From positions 1 to 63,022 of IMG/VR virus record IMGVR_UViG_3300031578_012080: a stretch of DNA of 63,022 bases; one strand, 5' to 3'. Origin of the DNA: a virus (taxonomy: Duplodnaviria > Caudoviricetes). Position numbers and translations under genes: made by a program. Of the stretch, positions 1 to 7,842 are shown one piece after another; positions within the stretch are counted from its first letter, which is position 1; every line of letters starts with the position of its first letter. The notes below the pieces were generated by a model. The model was not told where the DNA came from and ran no database searches. It saw only the letters and a program-made list of their open reading frames with translations.

Positions 1-35
1 ACTAATTGTGCCAACGGAATTTTTACTACTTCCAT
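1..35 (-). CDS. 5' end of a gene running off the window (MEVVKIPLAQL...), possibly a ParB-N-like domain
   Basis: ATG at 35 with GGGG RBS upstream, open to the window edge; only 11 codons are visible. Confidence 0.5.
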   Translation of the reverse strand, partial: MEVVKIPLAQL

Positions 36-45
36 TTATATCCCC

Positions 46-384
46 TTAAAAAGTAAGACTGCCAATTCTCCAAAGATTCACTTGTGAAACACCATATAAT
101 ATAATTACATTTTCACATTCTTCAGTTTCACATTGTAAATTATTATCAAGAACATCATTAGGCCCATTAAATATGTAATGTCTACCACACTTTGCACAAG
201 TTAATTCTAACCAGCTACCAAAATAAAAATCTTTATTTGTTGCTTCTTTGTCACCGAATAATGGCTGTGGATTTTCTTCAACTCTTTTTCTGGCAAGATT
301 AAAACCAAACATAACACCAATAAAAAAATCTCTATTGGGCATTACTACATTCGGAGCTAATTTAAAATTATCATCATTCATCAA
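46..384 (-). CDS. hypothetical protein with putative Zn ribbon
   Basis: CAKC and CETEEC motifs; overlaps the ssb stop. Confidence 0.7.
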   Translation of the reverse strand: MMNDDNFKLAPNVVMPNRDFFIGVMFGFNLARKRVEENPQPLFGDKEATNKDFYFGSWLELTCAKCGRHYIFNGPNDVLDNNLQCETEECENVIILYGVSQVNLWRIGSLTF

Positions 385-730
385 CTGTTTTTTCTAAAAC
401 TTGAACACTTTTAGCAAGTATCTCAACAATATTTCTTTTTACGTTATCTTTCTCATATTGTTTACTTTGAAGTTCACCTTCTATTAAAACCTTATCCCCT
501 TTTTGTAAATTTTTCTCACAATAATCAGCGAGTCCAGTCCATGCCGTTACATTAATATAACAAACATCTTCTTTAATCACACCTTCAGCCGTTTTAAAAA
601 TTTTACTTTGGGCAAGTCTAAAATTAACAACTTTTGCCGATGTTTTTTTTGTAAAATTAATTATTGGTATATCAGTAAGATTACCAGAAAAATATACTTT
701 GTTAAACTTTAACGGCATGAACTGTCTCAT
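374..730 (-). CDS. ssb: single-stranded DNA-binding protein (bacterial OB fold, no C-terminal tail)
   Basis: NKVYFSGNLT, FRLA, YINVTAW, LQKGDKVLIEGELQS are classic SSB motifs. Confidence 0.9.
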   Translation of the reverse strand: MRQFMPLKFNKVYFSGNLTDIPIINFTKKTSAKVVNFRLAQSKIFKTAEGVIKEDVCYINVTAWTGLADYCEKNLQKGDKVLIEGELQSKQYEKDNVKRNIVEILAKSVQVLEKTVDE

Positions 731-742
731 TGAATAATATCC

Positions 743-1036
743 TTATTGTGCAGGTGTTTCTTCTGTGTTTTCTTCAGGTTGAGATGTTTCAGGAGTTGCA
801 TCAGCAACTTCTTCAACATTGTCTTCTTTCTTCGCAACCTTTATTTCTTCAGCAAGATCTTTCCTTACAAAAGTAATAAGTTTTCTGATAGTTGTCAATG
901 CACCTCTTGCACGATTACCAGCATTTTTTCTGTTTTTACTTCTGAATAATTCCAGATCATCAGTAAATGAATTGATATTCTCAATTAATGCATCTTCTCT
1001 TTCTTTTGGTGTTGCAGGAACTTCGTATTTTCCCAT
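743..1036 (-). CDS. histone H1-like (Hc1-type) small DNA-binding protein with acidic tail
   Basis: KNAGNRARGAL..IRKL...RKD matches the Hc1-family NKxAGxRARxxL helix-hairpin motif; GGAG RBS. Confidence 0.65.
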   Translation of the reverse strand: MGKYEVPATPKEREDALIENINSFTDDLELFRSKNRKNAGNRARGALTTIRKLITFVRKDLAEEIKVAKKEDNVEEVADATPETSQPEENTEETPAQ

Positions 1037-1058
1037 GGTATAACTCCTTACATTAATG

Positions 1059-1769
1059 TTAAATAAATTTTTTTGTGGTTTTTAAACCTGTTTCTATCTG
1101 AATTAATGGTTCCCACTTATAATATTTAAAATTATCTGATTTATATTCTATATCCAATCTATTCTCATCTACTTCAATTATTATATTACTTTTTCTGTAT
1201 TTTTTTACTAGTTTTAACAAAGTGTCAATTCTTGTTTTTATACCACTTGCAATATCAAATTTTCCTATGATATCATTATTTAATACTATATCAATGGCAC
1301 TTATTAAATCTCCTTCATATAAAAAATCTCTGTATCCATCATTTACCTTTACAAACTTTTGATGAAATAAATCATATATTAAACCATATTTAACATTTGG
1401 ACCATATAGTTCTGAAACTCTAAAGACTGCATATTTTTTATTACTATCCTTTAATCTATTTTCAATTTCAATTATCTTACGTGCACGCTCATTTATAGGT
1501 TCAAATACTTCATAAACGCTAAATGGTAATTTGCAGTTAGTATTCAAATATAAATCACTACCACTAACTAGAAAAACTATTCTTTCAATTTTTTTATCTT
1601 CAATTAAATAAAAAAGTTTTTGGGTTTCCTTAAAATTTATTAAATCAATTATTGCTGTGTCCGTTTTTCCTCTTTGATGAAATGTAACATCATTTTCTCC
1701 ATCATATTCAAGACACATTTGTATATATTTCTTAAAAACAAAATTCGGACTGTACACAAGAATATTCAT
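1059..1769 (-). CDS. NAD-dependent epimerase/dehydratase-like protein (degenerate extended SDR)
   Basis: FRVSELYGP, RDFLYEGD, FDIASG and WEPLIQIETGL match extended SDRs; GxxGxxG and YxxxK are absent. Confidence 0.7.
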   Translation of the reverse strand: MNILVYSPNFVFKKYIQMCLEYDGENDVTFHQRGKTDTAIIDLINFKETQKLFYLIEDKKIERIVFLVSGSDLYLNTNCKLPFSVYEVFEPINERARKIIEIENRLKDSNKKYAVFRVSELYGPNVKYGLIYDLFHQKFVKVNDGYRDFLYEGDLISAIDIVLNNDIIGKFDIASGIKTRIDTLLKLVKKYRKSNIIIEVDENRLDIEYKSDNFKYYKWEPLIQIETGLKTTKKFI

Positions 1770-1772
1770 ACT

Positions 1773-2327
1773 TTAATATTTTTCGACACTATTGTCTCTA
1801 AAAAAAACACTTATATTTGCCATTTTAAACATTTCTTCTGATTCTTCACCAGCATGGTATTTTTTTTGGCATTTTACTTCTTTTATACCACACGAAATTA
1901 TTAACATGGCACAAGTTCTACAAGGTGTCATTTTACAATACATAGTTGAGTTTTCCAATACTACACCATTTTTCGCCGCTTGACATATAGCATTTTGTTC
2001 AGCGTGTATTGTCCTGGTACAATGGCTGGAAACAGGACTCAAATAAACATGATTATCATGATCATGTTTATAATCATCTGGAACATACGTATCAAATTCG
2101 TGAATCTGTTCTTGTGTTATTATCTTTTTACGTTGTTCAAATTGATGTCCATGAGTATCACAATGCGGAAATCCAGGGGGTGAACCAACATATCCAGTCG
2201 TAAGAATCTGGTTTTTATAAACAATAACACATCCACTTCTTCCACGATCACATGTACCTCTTTTTGAAATAGAATCAACTACATCAAAAAAGTATTCATC
2301 CCATTTTGGTCTTACATAATTATTCAT
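1773..2327 (-). CDS. dCMP deaminase (ComEB-like)
   Basis: RPKWDEYF, RGTCDR, TGYVGSP, HAEQNAI, PCRTC; ATG 2327 fits the AAGGA RBS better than 2336. Confidence 0.92.
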   Translation of the reverse strand: MNNYVRPKWDEYFFDVVDSISKRGTCDRGRSGCVIVYKNQILTTGYVGSPPGFPHCDTHGHQFEQRKKIITQEQIHEFDTYVPDDYKHDHDNHVYLSPVSSHCTRTIHAEQNAICQAAKNGVVLENSTMYCKMTPCRTCAMLIISCGIKEVKCQKKYHAGEESEEMFKMANISVFFRDNSVEKY

Positions 2328-3048
2328 CTTTAACATCCTTTAAATCATAAGATCTTACCATATTTTCTAACATATCAAAATGTCTCTCATATACATGAAA
2401 TGAAAATGGATGAAAATAAATTGCACCATCTTTAAGTTCAGGATATATCTTTTTCAAATCATCAAATAATCTCTCATATACTACACAGTGCCAATAGAAG
2501 TCATTAAAAAAACCATATATGGCATCACTTGATCTTTGTTTAACAACATAAATAAGCATATCCATTCTAATAAATATTTGTACACCGTCTGTGCACATAA
2601 AATCTGACATACCATCTCTATTATAATCTTCCCACATTGATGGTCTCTGGTAAATCATAACAGCTCTTCTTGAAAATTTATTTAGTTTTAATTCTTCAAG
2701 ACAATTTTTATATTGTGAACCATTTTCTTCAGAATAAATACACCATCCATAATTACTATTTATCATTCCATTTTTATCTGCAACATCTCGCCATATTTTG
2801 GCTTTCTTTCCTATTTCCTCCACAGATAATGATTGAGAATCATACCATTCTATTTCAGCTTTTGCATATTTTTCTGGTGTTTTTCGTGCACCAAAATCTA
2901 ATACTTTTTGTCTAGGGTCAAGCTTCATAATTGGGCAAAGTGTTTCAACCATTTTAACACCACTTTTATCAATTACAAAATGACCTCTTATACGATCATT
3001 ATTTAATTCTGAAAAGAACTCAAAGAGACGGTCCTCATTTTTTTGCAT
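2320..3048 (-). CDS. 42: dCMP hydroxymethylase (T4 gp42-like, thymidylate synthase fold)
   Basis: INSNYGWCI, SRRAVMIYQRPSM, DGMSDFMCT, RSSDAIYGFFND and HVYERHF track T4 gp42 as recalled (INSNYGWAI, SRRGIMIYTRPSM, DGMSDFMCT, RSNDVVFGFRND, HVYSRHF); Asp at the base-specificity site. Confidence 0.9.
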   Translation of the reverse strand: MQKNEDRLFEFFSELNNDRIRGHFVIDKSGVKMVETLCPIMKLDPRQKVLDFGARKTPEKYAKAEIEWYDSQSLSVEEIGKKAKIWRDVADKNGMINSNYGWCIYSEENGSQYKNCLEELKLNKFSRRAVMIYQRPSMWEDYNRDGMSDFMCTDGVQIFIRMDMLIYVVKQRSSDAIYGFFNDFYWHCVVYERLFDDLKKIYPELKDGAIYFHPFSFHVYERHFDMLENMVRSYDLKDVKDE

Positions 3049-3050
3049 TT

Positions 3051-3575
3051 TTATTCCTTCTTGTCTGTTGAGCCAAAACCACCATCACCACGTACTTTAT
3101 CCATCAACATGTGGTCATAAATTTCTTCTCTTGAAACTTCTTGTGGATTAGGAGTTAAAACAGGAACCATTGTCATCTGCACAAGTTTGTCACCTGGTAA
3201 GATCATTACATCTTCTTTACCAACATTATTCAAATTAATATGGATTTCACCATCATAAAATGTATCAATAACTTGTGCACCAACAAGTAGATGTTTTTTT
3301 GCAGCCACACCTGATTTATTAAGAAGCAAACCCATTGTGCCGTAATCAATTTCAAAAATTACACCAGATGGAATTAAAACTGATTGATTTGGCTGAAGTA
3401 ATATTTTTCCTGTATCGTCTATTTCAACACCTTTATTCACTTTGAGATTTTTTTCGATTAAATCTTTTACATACTTTTCAGTAGAATTTGGTGCAAAAAG
3501 ATCCATACCCGCATCTGTTGCATGTCCTCTTTTTGGAGATGTCACATCCCTAACTTTGGCAAATTTGATAATCAT
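3051..3575 (-). CDS. dut: trimeric dUTPase
   Basis: AGMDL, KSG, VIDTFYDGEI, KLVQ, RGDGGFGST (motifs 1-5). Confidence 0.92.
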   Translation of the reverse strand: MIIKFAKVRDVTSPKRGHATDAGMDLFAPNSTEKYVKDLIEKNLKVNKGVEIDDTGKILLQPNQSVLIPSGVIFEIDYGTMGLLLNKSGVAAKKHLLVGAQVIDTFYDGEIHINLNNVGKEDVMILPGDKLVQMTMVPVLTPNPQEVSREEIYDHMLMDKVRGDGGFGSTDKKE

Positions 3576-3605
3576 TATCTTCTCCTTAGTCTTATTATAG
3601 TATTT

Positions 3606-4241
3606 TTATTTTATGTTTTTTACTCTTTTTACAAATTCGTCAAAAAAATCGTGGTTTTGGCCAGTAGAAGCAAAAATTTCTATGTTAACTGCTTCTTCTG
3701 AGGATTCGTAAACGGGCCTTATAAAAAACTCATAAATTGTAATTAAGTCTGGAAATAACTCATTCTCAATATCTGACGCCCTAAACATTAATGCTATTTT
3801 GTTATCATAATAGTGGATCAATGATAGACAACTTACATCTTTCCCTGATATTTCTGACATATAATAATCTTTAAGACTATTTGCCATTCTTAAAACGCAC
3901 CTTGTAGATTTTCTTTCATCACCAATAGTATTAGCCATCTTTTTTATTAAATTTATTGCTTGATGATATGGAATATCATTTCTATCTTCAACAGCATAAG
4001 TATAAATTGTACCCTCAAGTTTATCCATCTTATCAAAATTCCTGAAAGCGGGTCTATCTTTATGATGTCCGTATGCACCTTTATCTATGTTCTGCTCTGC
4101 AAATGTTCGTGATTTAACATAAAGATATTCATCAACACATTTTAAATCTTTAAGTTCGTCATCATTCAATCCAAAATTATTAATTCTCAAAAAATAAGAA
4201 TCATTTTCATATAGTGGTTTTTTAAAAACTTGAATTTGCAT
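3606..4241 (-). CDS. divergent thymidylate-synthase-fold protein
   Basis: STRCV, VSCLSLIHY (catalytic Cys) and FRASDIENELFPD (RSxD-x7-D); no HxY motif. Confidence 0.65.
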   Translation of the reverse strand: MQIQVFKKPLYENDSYFLRINNFGLNDDELKDLKCVDEYLYVKSRTFAEQNIDKGAYGHHKDRPAFRNFDKMDKLEGTIYTYAVEDRNDIPYHQAINLIKKMANTIGDERKSTRCVLRMANSLKDYYMSEISGKDVSCLSLIHYYDNKIALMFRASDIENELFPDLITIYEFFIRPVYESSEEAVNIEIFASTGQNHDFFDEFVKRVKNIK

Positions 4242-4242
4242 T

Positions 4243-4908
4243 TTAAAGAATCCCTCTATTATTTGAAATTTCCTTAATATAGTCTAATAAAAAACCATAT
4301 TGTGTTTTAACATTTATATCTGTAATTTTATTTCTGCATGATATGTTTGCAACATCTATTTCTGCTTTTTTATCTATAATTGTTTCTGCAAAACCAATTG
4401 TCATATTCCTTATAAAATGATATTCATTTTCCTGAGTATATTTCAAATACTTTTGAGTGTAGTTATCAAATCTTTGCTGTTCTCTTATTGGTTCAAAAAG
4501 AAAAACCATATCATATATATTAAATAAATGGATATGTGTTTTTACTGTCAAAACACTTAAAAATTCATGATATTTTTTTATATTCTCTTCATCAAATGAA
4601 GATTTATCCAAATAAAATGTATAATAAAAATAACTATCAATGAGGCTTCTATCAAAAAATATTATTTTATTGTCATCATATATTTTAGCTGTTTCTTCTT
4701 GAAGTATTTTTTCACCTATCACTTCTATTTCAAAATCAAGATATTTAACTGGATCTTTTCTTATCTCATCAATATTTATATTTTTATCTCTTATAATTTC
4801 TGTTTTATGAACCACATTTTCTGGCCCTAAATCTTTTGTTAATTGTTCAATACAGGTTGTTTTACCTGAATGGGCCGATCCTGATATAACAATTATTAAA
4901 TTACTCAC
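4243..4908 (-). CDS. P-loop nucleotide kinase (AAA_28/NadR/dNMP kinase-like)
   Basis: IIVISGSAHSGKTT Walker A, FFDRSLID, YDMVFLF; GTG at 4908 with GGAG RBS preferred over the ORF-track start at 5010. Confidence 0.8.
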   Translation of the reverse strand: MSNLIIVISGSAHSGKTTCIEQLTKDLGPENVVHKTEIIRDKNINIDEIRKDPVKYLDFEIEVIGEKILQEETAKIYDDNKIIFFDRSLIDSYFYYTFYLDKSSFDEENIKKYHEFLSVLTVKTHIHLFNIYDMVFLFEPIREQQRFDNYTQKYLKYTQENEYHFIRNMTIGFAETIIDKKAEIDVANISCRNKITDINVKTQYGFLLDYIKEISNNRGIL

Positions 4909-6601
4909 TATATGCTCCAATAAATAAATAAACATTTTTATCAGCACGTTCAAATTGAAAAAAGAAATCTTCCATTGCTTGATCAACAGTAAAAACAATG
5001 GGTTTTCCATGTATATTAAAAGATGTATTTATCAATGCTTTTGTTTTATCTTCCATCCTTTTTAATATTTTATAAATAGTTGAATCTCTATCAACAACAA
5101 TTTGTGGTCTACCAGAATATTTATTAATTAATGGATACTTATGCATTATACCACCATACTCTTCACAATAATCTATTTTATAATCATATGTCAAAATCAT
5201 ATATTGATCAGAACCAATAACTCTAGTGAATTGCTCAGCTTTAAAGAAATGATCAATATATTCATATAGAATACATGGTGCCATAGGCATAACTGTATTT
5301 CTTTTATTCAAATGATTAATATACTCAACATTCTTTTTTGTTGGTAATGCAAGAGTTGATGTATGACATAATGCTCTTGGTCCAAATTCCATATTACCAA
5401 ATACAATATTGACAATTTTATCATCCATCAATTTTTCTACAACACCGTCTACCATTTCATCTTGATTACCAACACATTTTATATAATCTGGATAATCTAC
5501 AGTAATATCTGTAATTTCATCTCTTTTTCCCCAAAGTAGACTATCAAATGGAAAGTTATTTTTTTGAAATTCATATAATCCTATTGCTGCTCCTTGATCA
5601 CCGCACACAGGACAAATACAAATATCACCTTCAATTTCATTCATTATTTTATTATTGAGTTTCACATTATAATAAATTCCACCAGTTAGAATAACATTTT
5701 TAATATTGAATTTTTCAATAATAAGAACATGAACACCTTCAATAATTTTTTGTATATAATATCCAACAACTATTCTCTTTATATTTTCATCCATTCTTAC
5801 ATCAAGACATTCAACCATGTTTTCAAAATCTTGATACCATACCTCTTTTGTTTGTTGCAATTCATCAATATTAATATAATCTGATGAATGATTTCCAGAA
5901 TTACTTTCATACATCAATAAATCAAACATGGTTTTTATAACACTTTTGGCAATCATATTTAATTTATCGATATCTTCATCAGAGCATACACTATCAATAT
6001 CAGATTCATACCCAAGGAACTTGTATTCATCCTGGTTCTCTTTCATTCCACAAAACGATGTAGCATATTGATACATAAGTCCTAATGATTTGAAGTATCC
6101 CGATGAATTGAAATCTTTCATTAAGGTTTTCTTCTTACCACCATTAAATGATAATTCATAAACTGAAAGAACTTCTTGATTATTACCAAATCCATCAGCA
6201 ACTATTACAGTTGCATCTTCTCTTCCATTATGTGAAACATAATATGAAACAGCCGACCATGCGTGAGCATCATGATGTGTAAAATCTTCATTCAATATTT
6301 CAAGCTTAAAATTATATTTTTCTTTTATTTCATTAATGAATCCATAATTATAATATTTATTTATTGTCTCATTATATTTTTGATAGAACAAAAAATTATC
6401 AAACCAATGAGAAACATATATTGTATTATCTTTGTCTGGATTGGGTGGACTCAATTCAAATATTTTCCTTATTGAATTTTCAGCAAATAATGAACATGAT
6501 TTTATGCCCGTTAATCTCTCTTCTTCATATGCTGCAATAATTTCATTGTCTTTTATACCTATTGCAGATGCGTTGTGTCCCAGTGTTATAAGTAATTCCA
6601 T
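4901..6601 (-). CDS. carbamoyltransferase (NodU/CmcH/TobZ family), probable 5hmC O-carbamoyltransferase
   Basis: GHNASA, EEERLT, HHDAHA, DGFG, SLGLMY, TGG..NVKLN, GDQG, EFGPRAL, NTSFNIHG; adjacent to the hmC synthesis genes. Confidence 0.92.
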   Translation of the reverse strand: MELLITLGHNASAIGIKDNEIIAAYEEERLTGIKSCSLFAENSIRKIFELSPPNPDKDNTIYVSHWFDNFLFYQKYNETINKYYNYGFINEIKEKYNFKLEILNEDFTHHDAHAWSAVSYYVSHNGREDATVIVADGFGNNQEVLSVYELSFNGGKKKTLMKDFNSSGYFKSLGLMYQYATSFCGMKENQDEYKFLGYESDIDSVCSDEDIDKLNMIAKSVIKTMFDLLMYESNSGNHSSDYINIDELQQTKEVWYQDFENMVECLDVRMDENIKRIVVGYYIQKIIEGVHVLIIEKFNIKNVILTGGIYYNVKLNNKIMNEIEGDICICPVCGDQGAAIGLYEFQKNNFPFDSLLWGKRDEITDITVDYPDYIKCVGNQDEMVDGVVEKLMDDKIVNIVFGNMEFGPRALCHTSTLALPTKKNVEYINHLNKRNTVMPMAPCILYEYIDHFFKAEQFTRVIGSDQYMILTYDYKIDYCEEYGGIMHKYPLINKYSGRPQIVVDRDSTIYKILKRMEDKTKALINTSFNIHGKPIVFTVDQAMEDFFFQFERADKNVYLFIGAYSE

Positions 6602-7342
6602 TTATCCCTCTAACAATTCTTTTATTTTTAAATTATAATGTTGTTTGCCATCTTTAAACTGCTGTCTATATATAAAATACGATGGATGATATGTATAAAC
6701 TGATTCAATTCTATTTTCATTCATAAAATTATAAACATCTCGTCCTAGTGCTAATATCTTTTTAGGTTTCAATATTTTTATTTCTTCTTCTAAAATATGC
6801 AAATATTTCTCATACATCTTCTCGTAAGAATAATTATTATTGTATGATTTATCATTCATTAAATTTCTTGATAAACATAATTTTGATAGATTAGTAAAAT
6901 ATATTCGTTTTAAATCTGATTTAAATCCTTCTCTTAACATTTTTGAAGTTAATGCAAAATAAAATGATGGTTTAAGCGGTTTTGACAACACATCTGTTTT
7001 ATTTGCATTATAAAATCCTGGTGCCATTCCAACTACCATTATACCATCAGTACCTATATACCCATCACCAACACAATTCAATTTATCTTCATCTTCCACC
7101 AAAATATCTTTATTTGTATCGAATAACAGTTGTTTATTTTTTTTATGTTCTTCATCAAAGACATGCATTAAAGGGGAAAATATAAAAAATAGGTTGGAAA
7201 CATCATCATCAACAGTAACAACAAATTCTGGATCAAGAAATTGTTCACGGTACTCTTTAAATACTGTGTATGTTAGTTCATTATATGGAAGAGAACTATT
7301 ATCTAAAATAAATTGTCTGAACCTCGCTAAAAATTCTTTCAT
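6602..7342 (-). CDS. uracil-DNA glycosylase-like protein (family 4/5 fold)
   Basis: IMVVGMAPG, YFTNLSK, EEEIKILKPKKILALG, YHPSY. Confidence 0.8.
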   Translation of the reverse strand: MKEFLARFRQFILDNSSLPYNELTYTVFKEYREQFLDPEFVVTVDDDVSNLFFIFSPLMHVFDEEHKKNKQLLFDTNKDILVEDEDKLNCVGDGYIGTDGIMVVGMAPGFYNANKTDVLSKPLKPSFYFALTSKMLREGFKSDLKRIYFTNLSKLCLSRNLMNDKSYNNNYSYEKMYEKYLHILEEEIKILKPKKILALGRDVYNFMNENRIESVYTYHPSYFIYRQQFKDGKQHYNLKIKELLEG

Positions 7343-7842
7343 TTTGCCAAAACCTTAAATTCATGCCATATTGATTTCAAATTTTCAAGTCTTTTTTTCA
7401 TAGATTTTACTGAATCATCATGCTTTTCATATTTTCTTGGAAATTCAATTTTTTTACCCAAATGAATATAAATTTTATTTTTATAATAGATAATCTTTGT
7501 TTTTAATCTTGTATATTCTACATGTGTTTGTTCCCATTGTCTTACTTTATTGAGACAATGTTTCTTATTCTTTTTATAATATTTTGCTCTTACTTTCTTG
7601 TCTCTCTTTTTTATTTCATGTCTTTGTTTATATTTTTTTACTCTACCTCCACAACATACTTTACATTCACCACTTGAAGGTTTTCCATCTCTTTTCAGAT
7701 AGAATCCATCTTCAATGTCCTTATATTCTTCACATTTACTGCATCTTTTTCTATTTTTTTGAATCTTAGAAAATATCTTGCTGATATCTTTTTTTGTAGT
7801 TTTCATAAAAAGATATGTCCAAAAATTTTTGGTAATCTTCAC
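7339..7842 (-). CDS. basic Zn-finger protein resembling HNH/EndoVII N-terminal domains, no nuclease domain
   Basis: KRCSKC...FY...ECKVC followed by a Lys/Arg-rich helix; start uncertain (ATG 7806 is an alternative). Confidence 0.55.
   Translation of the reverse strand: MKITKNFWTYLFMKTTKKDISKIFSKIQKNRKRCSKCEEYKDIEDGFYLKRDGKPSSGECKVCCGGRVKKYKQRHEIKKRDKKVRAKYYKKNKKHCLNKVRQWEQTHVEYTRLKTKIIYYKNKIYIHLGKKIEFPRKYEKHDDSVKSMKKRLENLKSIWHEFKVLAK

Noticed and set aside
2320-3048. Canonical thymidylate synthase (thyA)
   Set aside because: Asp replaces the dUMP-specifying Asn and the motifs match T4 gp42.
4909-5010. Longer N-terminus of the kinase given in the ORF track
   Set aside because: It overlaps the carbamoyltransferase by over 100 bp; GTG 4908 has a GGAG RBS and places the Walker A strand at the N-terminus.
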